Positions 19,719 through 28,180 of a stretch of 64,000 bases of DNA are shown here, piece after piece (positions within the stretch are counted from its first letter, which is position 1; every line of letters begins with the position of its first letter). The position numbers and the translations under genes were made by a program. The notes below the pieces were generated by a model. It worked only from the letters and a program-made list of their open reading frames with translations, was not told where the DNA came from and did no database searches. The DNA lies in assembly GCA_030603385.1 (NCBI GenBank), contig JAUVXW010000005.1:32001-96000 (forward strand), written 5' to 3'. The DNA is from Promethearchaeota archaeon (GTDB lineage: Archaea > Asgardarchaeota > Lokiarchaeia > Sigyniarchaeales > SOKP01).

Positions 19719-20768
19719 ATGCTACGCGAAATATTTATAATTTTAAATGATAAATTGATCTATCAGAGGAGTTATGCCAAAGGATTAGATACTTCTCTTT
19801 TTACAAATGTATATCAAAAAGTTAAAAAAGTAGCATTTTCTAAGTTTGGAAGCGAAACTGGAATATATGAATTTTTTGAGTATAAACTCTCATATATAGT
19901 CAATGAGAATTCTGATTTAGTTTTACTTTTTGTATCTGGATTAGGCGATGATTTTAAAGATATTGAACCCCAACTGAAAAAATTCAAAAAAGAATTCTTA
20001 GAATATTATGGTGATAGTCTCAAAAAAGATGATTTCGAAATAATAAATGAAGTTTTAGATCCAATAGTTGACAATATCCATAGAAACCTTAAACCTAAAA
20101 TTTCAATTGTTGGGTTTTCTGGAGTTGGGAAAACAACTACTACTAGATTAATAAAATCAGAGGAAATCCCAATGCAACACATTCCTACAATAACAGGTGA
20201 GGTGGCAACCATCAAGATTGGCAAACTAAACTTCTACCTTTGGGATTTCGCTGGCCAAAATCAATTCGATTTTCTATGGGAAAAGTTCATAAGAGGGAGC
20301 GATGCAGTGCTCCTAATGACCGATTCGACACTGGAGAACTTAGAAAAAAGCCGATTCTTTATTGAACTAGTTAATAAGGCGGTGCCTTATGCTCGATTTG
20401 CGGTAATTGCGAATAAACAGGATTTGCCCGAAGCGAAGGAAGTCGAGGACATAGAAAGATTAATGGGCAATAAGACATATGGATTTGTAGCAATAGATAC
20501 TAATAATCGTCCAAAAATGATACGTATAATAGCAGATTTATTAGATATGGATAGAAAAGTATCACCATTATTAAAACCCTTACTTGAGAGAGATAACCTG
20601 ATGGATGAAGCACAGAAGGCTTTGGAAGATGGAGAATTTGGAGAAGCTGCTGCACTTTTTGAAAATATCAGCAATTTGTGTCTCGAATTAGGAGATGACT
20701 CCCTTGCTATTGATTTTCAAAACAAAAGTGAGAAAATAAGTAGTATGTTAAAATCACTTACTAGTTAG
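19719..20768 (+). CDS. Longin domain-Arf-like small GTPase fusion with C-terminal helical hairpin
   Basis: Longin-like N-terminus (MLREIFIILNDKLIYQRSY...LVLLFVSG); G1 GFSGVGKT, G2 PTI, G3 WDFAGQ, G4 NKQD; TPR/MIT-like tail. Confidence 0.85.
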   Translation: MLREIFIILNDKLIYQRSYAKGLDTSLFTNVYQKVKKVAFSKFGSETGIYEFFEYKLSYIVNENSDLVLLFVSGLGDDFKDIEPQLKKFKKEFLEYYGDSLKKDDFEIINEVLDPIVDNIHRNLKPKISIVGFSGVGKTTTTRLIKSEEIPMQHIPTITGEVATIKIGKLNFYLWDFAGQNQFDFLWEKFIRGSDAVLLMTDSTLENLEKSRFFIELVNKAVPYARFAVIANKQDLPEAKEVEDIERLMGNKTYGFVAIDTNNRPKMIRIIADLLDMDRKVSPLLKPLLERDNLMDEAQKALEDGEFGEAAALFENISNLCLELGDDSLAIDFQNKSEKISSMLKSLTS

Positions 20769-20804
20769 TAAAACTCAATTTCATTATTGTCTAATTTTCT
20801 AATA

Positions 20805-22472
20805 CTAATTCTTCCAGGTTCTTGTTAAATTTTGTAAAAATACTAAGACTTCTTTATCTCCAAGTGGAATTATATTTGATTGAAAGATTATTTGATTATT
20901 GTCTATTGGTACAATGAATTTCATTTCTTTAGGTTCATTGTCATTTAGAGCTTGTTCTATTTTTTCTTGAGCCTCTTCTGCAGTTTCGAGCGGTAGAAGC
21001 TTATTTATAGGTTTTCCTATAAAGTTTTTTGTAGTAAACATTTGTTCCATTATTGCTTCAATTTTTTTATCTAATTTAATATCTAACAATATACCATTCT
21101 TTGATATTCTGAAAATCGAGAATGGAATATGTTCAAAGAGAATGTTATTCTGTATTTCACTTTGTCGTAGCTCCTCTTTATTTTGCATCCTTTCTATTGC
21201 AGTGCCTAATTCTAACCCAATTGTAATTATTAATTCCATCTCTTCAGGTAATAGCGATCTAGTATCTTTAAAGACCATGTTTAATGAACCAATAATTTCA
21301 AGCTTTGAAAATAAAGGAATTATTGCAGTAGAATTAACTTCTATTCCATCAAAAAATCTTTTAATAACTTCTGGAAAATTATCATTAATAAGTGCTACAC
21401 CTTTAGTAAACACAATATCATAAGGATCTTTGTTAATATCCAATTCACTATGCTGTAGGACAAAATAAGACGGAAAACCTTTATGTACTTTAATTCTTGC
21501 CACATTTTGAGATTTTTCTATTAAATAAATGCTACATCCCTTAAGATCAAATAAATCAATAAAACTATCTCGTATCTTCGCTAACAATTCAGATAAATTA
21601 TTCGCTTGATTAGCTATACTTATGATTCTATTCAAGATATCAGTCTTTTTAACTTGCTCCTTAAGTTTATCTTCAATCAAATGTATATCAGTTATATCAT
21701 GAAATAGATATTGAATAAAATATTGATCTGCCAGTTGTATTTCGTTTACACTAACTTCTAAATACATTTGTGTACCTGTAGATTTTTTTATTCTAGAAAT
21801 AATTGGAGGTGGTTGATCAATTAAATGTTTTACCATATTTCGATCAACTAAACCTTCATCAAACAATTCAAACTCTAATGCCTCAATGCCAATAATGTCA
21901 TCTCTTGTTTTTTCGACTAATTTTTCTCCTTCTAAATTAACATCAACTATTACTCCTGATTCCCGATTCATTATGAAAATAGCATCCCTCGCTGCTTTAA
22001 ATAGAGCCTGATATCGGTGTTCAGCCATTACTAAAGTCTTAATTGCGGGTTTAATTGATTCAAAATAAGAAAAAAAGAAGTTTTTAATTTCATGTAATTT
22101 GTTAGGATCAGCTTTAAAATCTTTGGGTTCATGATCGAAAGCCCTATATGCATCATCAAGTTTTATGATATATTGAGCACATCCGGCTAGAAGTTCATTG
22201 GCAAGCATTAAAGTTAAATTTGTACTTGATTCAGTAACTAGCGACAGTAGAAAACTCTCGTATCCACCTCTAGCAAATGGACTGAGTAGTTTGAAAAACA
22301 AATTTGCTGTTTTTAATTTTCCAAATATATGAATAAATACACCTTTAGTTGGAAGCTCCATTAGTGAAGGAATCTTACTCACAATTTCATCCTCTAATGA
22401 TTGAGGTGCTTTTAAAACTATCTTGGGTCCGTATAGAGGATCGAAACGACTTAAAATTAATGCAACTTCCAA
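20805..22472 (-). CDS. uDENN/longin-PAS-GAF-PAS protein with no kinase output
   Basis: N-terminus 'LILSRFDPLYGPKIVLKAP...FFKLLSPFARGGYESFLLSLV'; PAS 'YQALFKAARDAIFI...DVN...HDITD'; GAF 'IIPLFSKLEIIGSLNM...LGTAIER'; second PAS ending 'QNLT'. Confidence 0.8.
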   Translation of the reverse strand: MEVALILSRFDPLYGPKIVLKAPQSLEDEIVSKIPSLMELPTKGVFIHIFGKLKTANLFFKLLSPFARGGYESFLLSLVTESSTNLTLMLANELLAGCAQYIIKLDDAYRAFDHEPKDFKADPNKLHEIKNFFFSYFESIKPAIKTLVMAEHRYQALFKAARDAIFIMNRESGVIVDVNLEGEKLVEKTRDDIIGIEALEFELFDEGLVDRNMVKHLIDQPPPIISRIKKSTGTQMYLEVSVNEIQLADQYFIQYLFHDITDIHLIEDKLKEQVKKTDILNRIISIANQANNLSELLAKIRDSFIDLFDLKGCSIYLIEKSQNVARIKVHKGFPSYFVLQHSELDINKDPYDIVFTKGVALINDNFPEVIKRFFDGIEVNSTAIIPLFSKLEIIGSLNMVFKDTRSLLPEEMELIITIGLELGTAIERMQNKEELRQSEIQNNILFEHIPFSIFRISKNGILLDIKLDKKIEAIMEQMFTTKNFIGKPINKLLPLETAEEAQEKIEQALNDNEPKEMKFIVPIDNNQIIFQSNIIPLGDKEVLVFLQNLTRTWKN

Positions 22473-22705
22473 GATCTTTCACAGTTTTTAAGTTAATATT
22501 CTCGAATTCTAAGTAAAAATTGAATTATTTAAATTTATTTTTAAGCAATTATTTTTAAATTATTTTACTATTGAATATAGAACTATTATCTTAATGGCTA
22601 ATTGGGTTTTAACTTTAATCTTTAATTGCACTCTTCTTATGTAATAAGATCATTCCTTAATTATTTAAAGCAAATCTTATAAAACGATCTTTTTTTTACC
22701 TTATT

Positions 22706-23365
22706 ATGACTATGGAAGAATATTTACAACCAACAGAGTTTCTTGATTTTGACAAAAGTCGTGTATATAAAAAAGCCATAGAAATTACTAAAGAATTGAA
22801 AACCGATAAAGAAAAAGCGATCGCTCTTTTTTACTGGGTTAGGGATCAAATCAAGTATAATATGTATACATATAATCCAAGTAATAGAGCAAATCTTAAA
22901 GCTTCTGTTACATTACGCAGAAGTAATGGTTTCTGTATGTCAAAAGCCGTACTATTATCTACTTTTGCTCGAGCCGTTGGTATTCCTGCAAGAATCCACA
23001 TGATAGATATCATAAATCATAAAATTCCTAATTGGATTGAAGAATTAATGGGGACTCGGACATTTCATTGTCACGGATATAGTGAATTATATATTGATGG
23101 AATATGGAGAAAACTAACTCCTGTATTTGATAAAGATACAGCAATTAAGGCAGGCTACGTTCCGACAGTAGAATTTGATGGAGAAAAAGACGCCTTGTTA
23201 TCACATCATGATAAAGAAGGAAACCTATTCGTGGAGTATGCCGAAGATTGGGGAATTTATACTGATGTACCCTTAGAAAAAATTAGTGAGATCTTCTCAA
23301 ATAATTATGGGAAAATTTATACTAAATACAAATTTCAAAAACCAGACAAATTAGAAAATTCATAA
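22706..23365 (+). CDS. Transglutaminase-like superfamily protein
   Basis: 'FYWVRDQIKY', 'GFCMSKAVL...RAVGIPAR', 'HGYSELYIDGIW'. Confidence 0.85.
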   Translation: MTMEEYLQPTEFLDFDKSRVYKKAIEITKELKTDKEKAIALFYWVRDQIKYNMYTYNPSNRANLKASVTLRRSNGFCMSKAVLLSTFARAVGIPARIHMIDIINHKIPNWIEELMGTRTFHCHGYSELYIDGIWRKLTPVFDKDTAIKAGYVPTVEFDGEKDALLSHHDKEGNLFVEYAEDWGIYTDVPLEKISEIFSNNYGKIYTKYKFQKPDKLENS

Positions 23366-23375
23366 AATTTTGAAT

Positions 23376-24302
23376 TTAAGAAAAATAAAACTCTTTTAAA
23401 CCTAATTCTCGTAAAAATATTTTATATTTCCCTAATTTTCCTCCATAATTACCTGTTGAAATTTTAATAAGCCCCTCTAAATCAATAATTCCCTCAATTA
23501 CTTTTAACATTGTTTTTTCAATGGTTTCAATATCTAAAGCATTAAATACTATTTCTGGAATAGATAATACTCCATCAGGAACCTTAAATTCTTCCAGTGA
23601 GAGCTTGGATTTCAATGTTGGACAATATGGGTGATTTGTTGATGGTCCAATCTCAGGAAAATTTGTTTCAGGTTTAGAACCGGCGGAACATACATCAAAT
23701 GTTGTACAGACATTGTCAATTTCAGCAATTATTCTTACAGCTTCTCTTCCAACCTTTATTCCTGATTTAATTGAATCGCAATATAGCCATAAATTACCTC
23801 CCATAACTCCTGGAGCATAGGAGATTTCTTCCTCTATTATAAAATCATAACCCATCATTATGGGGACCGAAATTAGTTTTCGATTGAAATCTTCTATTAT
23901 CCATTCATATCCATCCCCGCAATGTCCTACATTATTCATCATGTTAAAACTATTTTCAATTGCTTTTGGATAATAATCGAAAACGGCAGTAGTAGGCACT
24001 ACCAGAATGCCTTGTCTCATTCTTCTTCCCAATTGATCATAAAATTTTGCAGTAGCTTTTTTGCCAGTCCCAGTTACCCACAATTGAACAATAGAACCTA
24101 ATCTACCGTCAATAGTTTCACTCTCACTAAGCCACCTTACAATTCCTCCTTCAGCATCCCCAAATACAGTTGAAGGAAGCGCCGTAAACGCGTTTACAGC
24201 CCTAGTTAAAAATTCAGCATCTTGGGCTGTTACCATTAATTGGATACATAGCCCTTCAAAAGCTTCACAATATGCATCTTCAATTATTGCCATTTTCAAC
24301 AC
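23376..24302 (-). CDS. ftr: Formylmethanofuran--tetrahydromethanopterin N-formyltransferase
   Basis: 'IEDAYCEAF', 'AEGG', 'PTTAVF', 'GDGYE', 'GGN', 'SGS/AGSK...STNHPYCPTL', 'EIV', 'GNYGGKLG'. Confidence 0.9.
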   Translation of the reverse strand: MLKMAIIEDAYCEAFEGLCIQLMVTAQDAEFLTRAVNAFTALPSTVFGDAEGGIVRWLSESETIDGRLGSIVQLWVTGTGKKATAKFYDQLGRRMRQGILVVPTTAVFDYYPKAIENSFNMMNNVGHCGDGYEWIIEDFNRKLISVPIMMGYDFIIEEEISYAPGVMGGNLWLYCDSIKSGIKVGREAVRIIAEIDNVCTTFDVCSAGSKPETNFPEIGPSTNHPYCPTLKSKLSLEEFKVPDGVLSIPEIVFNALDIETIEKTMLKVIEGIIDLEGLIKISTGNYGGKLGKYKIFLRELGLKEFYFS

Positions 24303-24422
24303 TTTATTGTTTGTTTCTTTTAAAATTTCTAGTAATATTTTTATATCTTATAAGATCCAATAAAAATTTAAAATCTATTATTAACTCTTAATTATTAACT
24401 TTAAAAACAGAGCTTAAAAAAA

Positions 24423-25346
24423 ATGCCAAAAGCTATAATTTTATACGAAATAGATCAATCATTTGGACCAAATATATTAGCAGAATATTATTTAAAACAA
24501 GATGATAAAATACCAACAAGTATATTAAGAGAATTTTCTGAAAAACATGTAAAAAAAGGTTATTCGGATGTAACTATTCGCGACGAAAACAATCGCTATT
24601 ATTCAAATATAGTTAATGCTGAGTCAATTGATAAAGAAAATCTCTATTTAGGATTTATATTACAAGAAGGAGAGGATCTTCTCTCGTTAAAAAGCATCTT
24701 TGAAAATATTGAAGGAAAAGTTGTGCAAGACTTTTCCGCTGATAAGAAGGAGATGACTGAACTTCTAAAAGATGGTTTAAATTCAATATTAAGTTTAATT
24801 CAAAAACTCCAAGAACCTAAAATTATAAAAGAAATTTTGAATGAAAGAACGAAAAAAATGCTTGATGATGGTCTTCTCCAAGAAGCAAGAGAATTGATTG
24901 ATATTGGTGAAGAAATTCCTGAAAAACTTGCAGAAGAAGTTAAAGTTGCTGAAAAATTACTAACTGCTAAAGAATATAGAAAAGCAAAAAAAAGTTTTCT
25001 TAAAGCTTCAGAGTTGGCAACACTCGTACAAGAAGAGAAAATTGCTTCTTTTTTAAAAAATAAAGGCGAACAAGTTGGTATGTTCCCTGATTTGCTAAGA
25101 GAACGTGAGAATCTTCAGAAAGAAATAGTAAAAATCACAAGTGAATTTGAGGATAATAAATTACATCTAGATGATTTATTAGTCGAACCGGTAGATAGGT
25201 TAATCGAAATTTCAAATAATTTTGAAGAAAATGAAATAATAAGGGAATTAACAAAATTAAAAAACAATATACAAAGAGTTTCTCGATTAGCAAAAGAATT
25301 AGAAGGATTAAAAAATAAGATAAAAGAAAATTTAACAAATATTTAA
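24423..25346 (+). CDS. uDENN/longin-like domain protein with helical/coiled-coil C-terminus
   Basis: 'AIILYEIDQSFGPNILAEY' longin/uDENN start; helical module resembling the tail of 19719..20768; C-terminal coiled coil. Confidence 0.6.
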   Translation: MPKAIILYEIDQSFGPNILAEYYLKQDDKIPTSILREFSEKHVKKGYSDVTIRDENNRYYSNIVNAESIDKENLYLGFILQEGEDLLSLKSIFENIEGKVVQDFSADKKEMTELLKDGLNSILSLIQKLQEPKIIKEILNERTKKMLDDGLLQEARELIDIGEEIPEKLAEEVKVAEKLLTAKEYRKAKKSFLKASELATLVQEEKIASFLKNKGEQVGMFPDLLRERENLQKEIVKITSEFEDNKLHLDDLLVEPVDRLIEISNNFEENEIIRELTKLKNNIQRVSRLAKELEGLKNKIKENLTNI

Positions 25347-25347
25347 T

Positions 25348-27165
25348 TTATTCTGATGAATCTTCATCTAGAGTAGGTTCTTCTGTTTTAGGTGGTACAT
25401 ATTCACCAATATCTTTAAAAATAATCTTAGCTATATCCCATCCTCTTTGTGTTGGATATTTTAAGGCATTTTTAATCAATTCTTCTCCAATCTCATTATT
25501 TAACTCTACCCTATGAATATCCGGATTGCCTTTTAGAATCATCTCATACTTTGCGCCTCCAGTCCCTTGGGGTACTATTAGAATTCCATAATCTATTACT
25601 TTTTCTGAAATCGCATCTTTTAAACGTTTTGCAGCGTAATACCCTGCTACTCCCGCGCTTCTATCGAAAGTTTTAATAGATGGAATTTCCAAACCCCATT
25701 TTCTACCTTCTGCTTCGATCAAAGCAGCTAAAGTTTGCGCTCTTTTACCCATCTTAAACTTAAATTCCATTTGAGTTTTATATTTCTTTCCTTTATTATC
25801 ACCCACCATATTAATACACTTTAAAGTAGCACCGGCTACAGATTGAGGATTTACATCTATAGAATATTCTTCTTCTGCCAATATGTCTTCAATTGTCTTT
25901 TTAATAACTTCTCTGGGTTTTGAAAAATCTATTGCTTCTTCTTCAACATCCGATTTAGGTCTAGCAGTTGCAACAATGTCCGCTCCTACTTCTAAAAGCT
26001 CTTCTACAGTCATCTCTTCCATAACCACTTTGTCAATAAATCTTCTGCAAAGTTTGATAGAATTCCTTGGATTTCCTTTAGTCTTTTCATAAATCATTTC
26101 AATTAATTTTTCATTCAAGGGAAATAATGGATATAAAGGAGGATTTAAATTGTTATCCTCCCAAAAACTCTCCATGGATTTGGAGAAAAATATTTTAAGG
26201 TCATTTAGACTGAAAGGTTTTAATTCTTGTTCTGGTTCCATTCTCGAGCGTAATGGGGCGTCTGCTATTTCAATAATTCTTGGCCATATTTCCTTTAACA
26301 CAGCTATAGTAATGACTAATCCTTTCACTTCATTATACAATCTCTTTAAAATTTCCAAAAACTTTCTTTCAGCAACTTCACCTAACATGCGATAGGGCGA
26401 CTCGAGTTCATCAAAATATAGAATTAGAACTTTATCTAAATTCTCCGTGATGATTTTAATAAGGGCTAAGCACACATCATCTTCCTCAACAACAGAATTT
26501 ATTCCTAATTCATTTAATTCCTCATCCTCTAAACCTTCTCCGAGGAGCCATCTTTCTGCTAAAGCCTTCTTATTTTTATCTAATTGATAAGTAACTAATG
26601 CTTTCACACAATCTGCAAAAACACCAGGAAATTCCCTAATACCAACTTGAATTACTTCATCAATTTTAGGTTTTTGAAATAATCCTTTTTTCTCACCGCC
26701 CCACTTTTTAATTAATCTTTCAGAAACAGTATCTAATAGTTCTGCACCGAGTTCCTCGATAATACAAGTATATACATGAAGTAATACTCGAATACTCGCA
26801 GGAGGACTAGGAACATAAACAATTGTCCAATCTACAGGTAAAACGCCTACTTCTATTTCTTGAACTTCTTGTGATTGTTCTAATTTCTTTTTGTTCTCTC
26901 TTTCCTTAACCTTAAATGAGTGGTATGCGTGGGTTTTACCTGAACCCGCGCTTCCCAACAAGGGAATTAATCGGCTACTTCTGTCCCTAGAAGTTTGTTG
27001 TACGAGTCTAAAGACTTCTCGATCTATATAACTCCTTGGCCTAGCAATGTCAACTCTATCTGGGATGTCACCACGACTCACAAAGTTCGAAAAGGGCATA
27101 ATTGGAGCTTCACGTAAAACATCCAAATACATTGCCTTGTCATCGTCACTTAATTCACTATACAT
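25348..27165 (-). CDS. P-loop AAA-type ATPase (BrxD/DUF2791-like) with C-terminal alpha/beta domain
   Basis: Walker A GSAGSGKT, Walker B LYFDELE, 'AERWLLGE', 'LRSR', 'GNPR'. Confidence 0.7.
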   Translation of the reverse strand: MYSELSDDDKAMYLDVLREAPIMPFSNFVSRGDIPDRVDIARPRSYIDREVFRLVQQTSRDRSSRLIPLLGSAGSGKTHAYHSFKVKERENKKKLEQSQEVQEIEVGVLPVDWTIVYVPSPPASIRVLLHVYTCIIEELGAELLDTVSERLIKKWGGEKKGLFQKPKIDEVIQVGIREFPGVFADCVKALVTYQLDKNKKALAERWLLGEGLEDEELNELGINSVVEEDDVCLALIKIITENLDKVLILYFDELESPYRMLGEVAERKFLEILKRLYNEVKGLVITIAVLKEIWPRIIEIADAPLRSRMEPEQELKPFSLNDLKIFFSKSMESFWEDNNLNPPLYPLFPLNEKLIEMIYEKTKGNPRNSIKLCRRFIDKVVMEEMTVEELLEVGADIVATARPKSDVEEEAIDFSKPREVIKKTIEDILAEEEYSIDVNPQSVAGATLKCINMVGDNKGKKYKTQMEFKFKMGKRAQTLAALIEAEGRKWGLEIPSIKTFDRSAGVAGYYAAKRLKDAISEKVIDYGILIVPQGTGGAKYEMILKGNPDIHRVELNNEIGEELIKNALKYPTQRGWDIAKIIFKDIGEYVPPKTEEPTLDEDSSE

Positions 27166-27416
27166 AAGATTTCATTCCATTAATTTTAATAATATTCCTT
27201 TACTTTCCAATAACTTTACTTTTATTTGGAATATTATATAAGCGTTTACGATATTTGGAAAAACATTTTCTAATATAGATAAAAAATTTTTTTCCTAACA
27301 TTTAAGCTATTATGTATTTATATCTAAATAGACAAATAAAAATTTAAGGTGAAATTTATATCCATGTATTTATATCTTACATTCGCAGAAAAATATTGTT
27401 AACGAGATGATTTTTT

Positions 27417-28085
27417 ATGCCTAAAAAAGATAAATATGATGATGAGGAGGATGAAGATGAGGAACAAGATCCTTTTGAATTTTCCAAATTTTTTGGTGAT
27501 CCAAGTAAATTCTTTTCAGATCCTAACAAGTTTCTCATAGATCCTAATAAAATCTTTGGCTCAAAACAATTTAGACAGCTTTTTAATGATCTATTCGAAA
27601 AAATTTCAAAAAATTTACCACCTGAGTTTCAAAATCTTTCCCCGGAAGATCTTATGAGAGAATTCAGAAAAAATAAGTCTAAATTCGGTTTAAACTCTCC
27701 AATAATGTATGGTTTTAATATTAATATAGGCCCTGATGGTAAACCTACAATAGATTCATTTGGTAATATTAGACCTAAACCAACTTCAGGAGAACCGGTT
27801 GTCAAATCAAAGAGAGAGCCATTAGTCGAAGTTAGTGAAGAAAAAGACCAATTAATTGTGATAGCAGAAATGCCTGGAGTGGATCGCGATGATATCGAAC
27901 TTGAAGCAACAAATGATAGCTTAATTATTTCCACTAAAGAAAAAGCAAGAATGCATTATTATAAAAAAATTAAATTAACTTCAGCCGTAAATTCAGATGT
28001 TGCAAAAGCTCGTTATACCAATGGAATTCTTGAAGTCCGATTGAAAAAAATTGATGAAAAGCGTACAAACATCCAGATTGATTAA
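27417..28085 (+). CDS. hsp20: Archaeal small heat-shock protein Hsp20
   Basis: 'YGFNINIGPDGKPTIDSFGN', 'EPLVEV', 'AEMPGV', 'ARYTNGILEV', C-terminal IxI motif. Confidence 0.92.
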   Translation: MPKKDKYDDEEDEDEEQDPFEFSKFFGDPSKFFSDPNKFLIDPNKIFGSKQFRQLFNDLFEKISKNLPPEFQNLSPEDLMREFRKNKSKFGLNSPIMYGFNINIGPDGKPTIDSFGNIRPKPTSGEPVVKSKREPLVEVSEEKDQLIVIAEMPGVDRDDIELEATNDSLIISTKEKARMHYYKKIKLTSAVNSDVAKARYTNGILEVRLKKIDEKRTNIQID

Positions 28086-28180
28086 ATTTTTATATAAAAT
28101 TGTGGATAAATATCTACTATCTACATTTAATCTATGGTTTTTTAAATTCTTCTTCCTAAAATAAAAAGATTTATTAGTTA

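Noticed and set aside
25348-27165. BREX defence system
   Set aside because: Only a BrxD-like ATPase is present; no pglX, pglZ, brxC or helicase neighbours.
27498-27555. Threefold 'DPxKF/I' peptide repeat in the Hsp20 N-terminus
   Set aside because: Short low-complexity repeat in a variable N-terminal arm; no evidence of a separate element.
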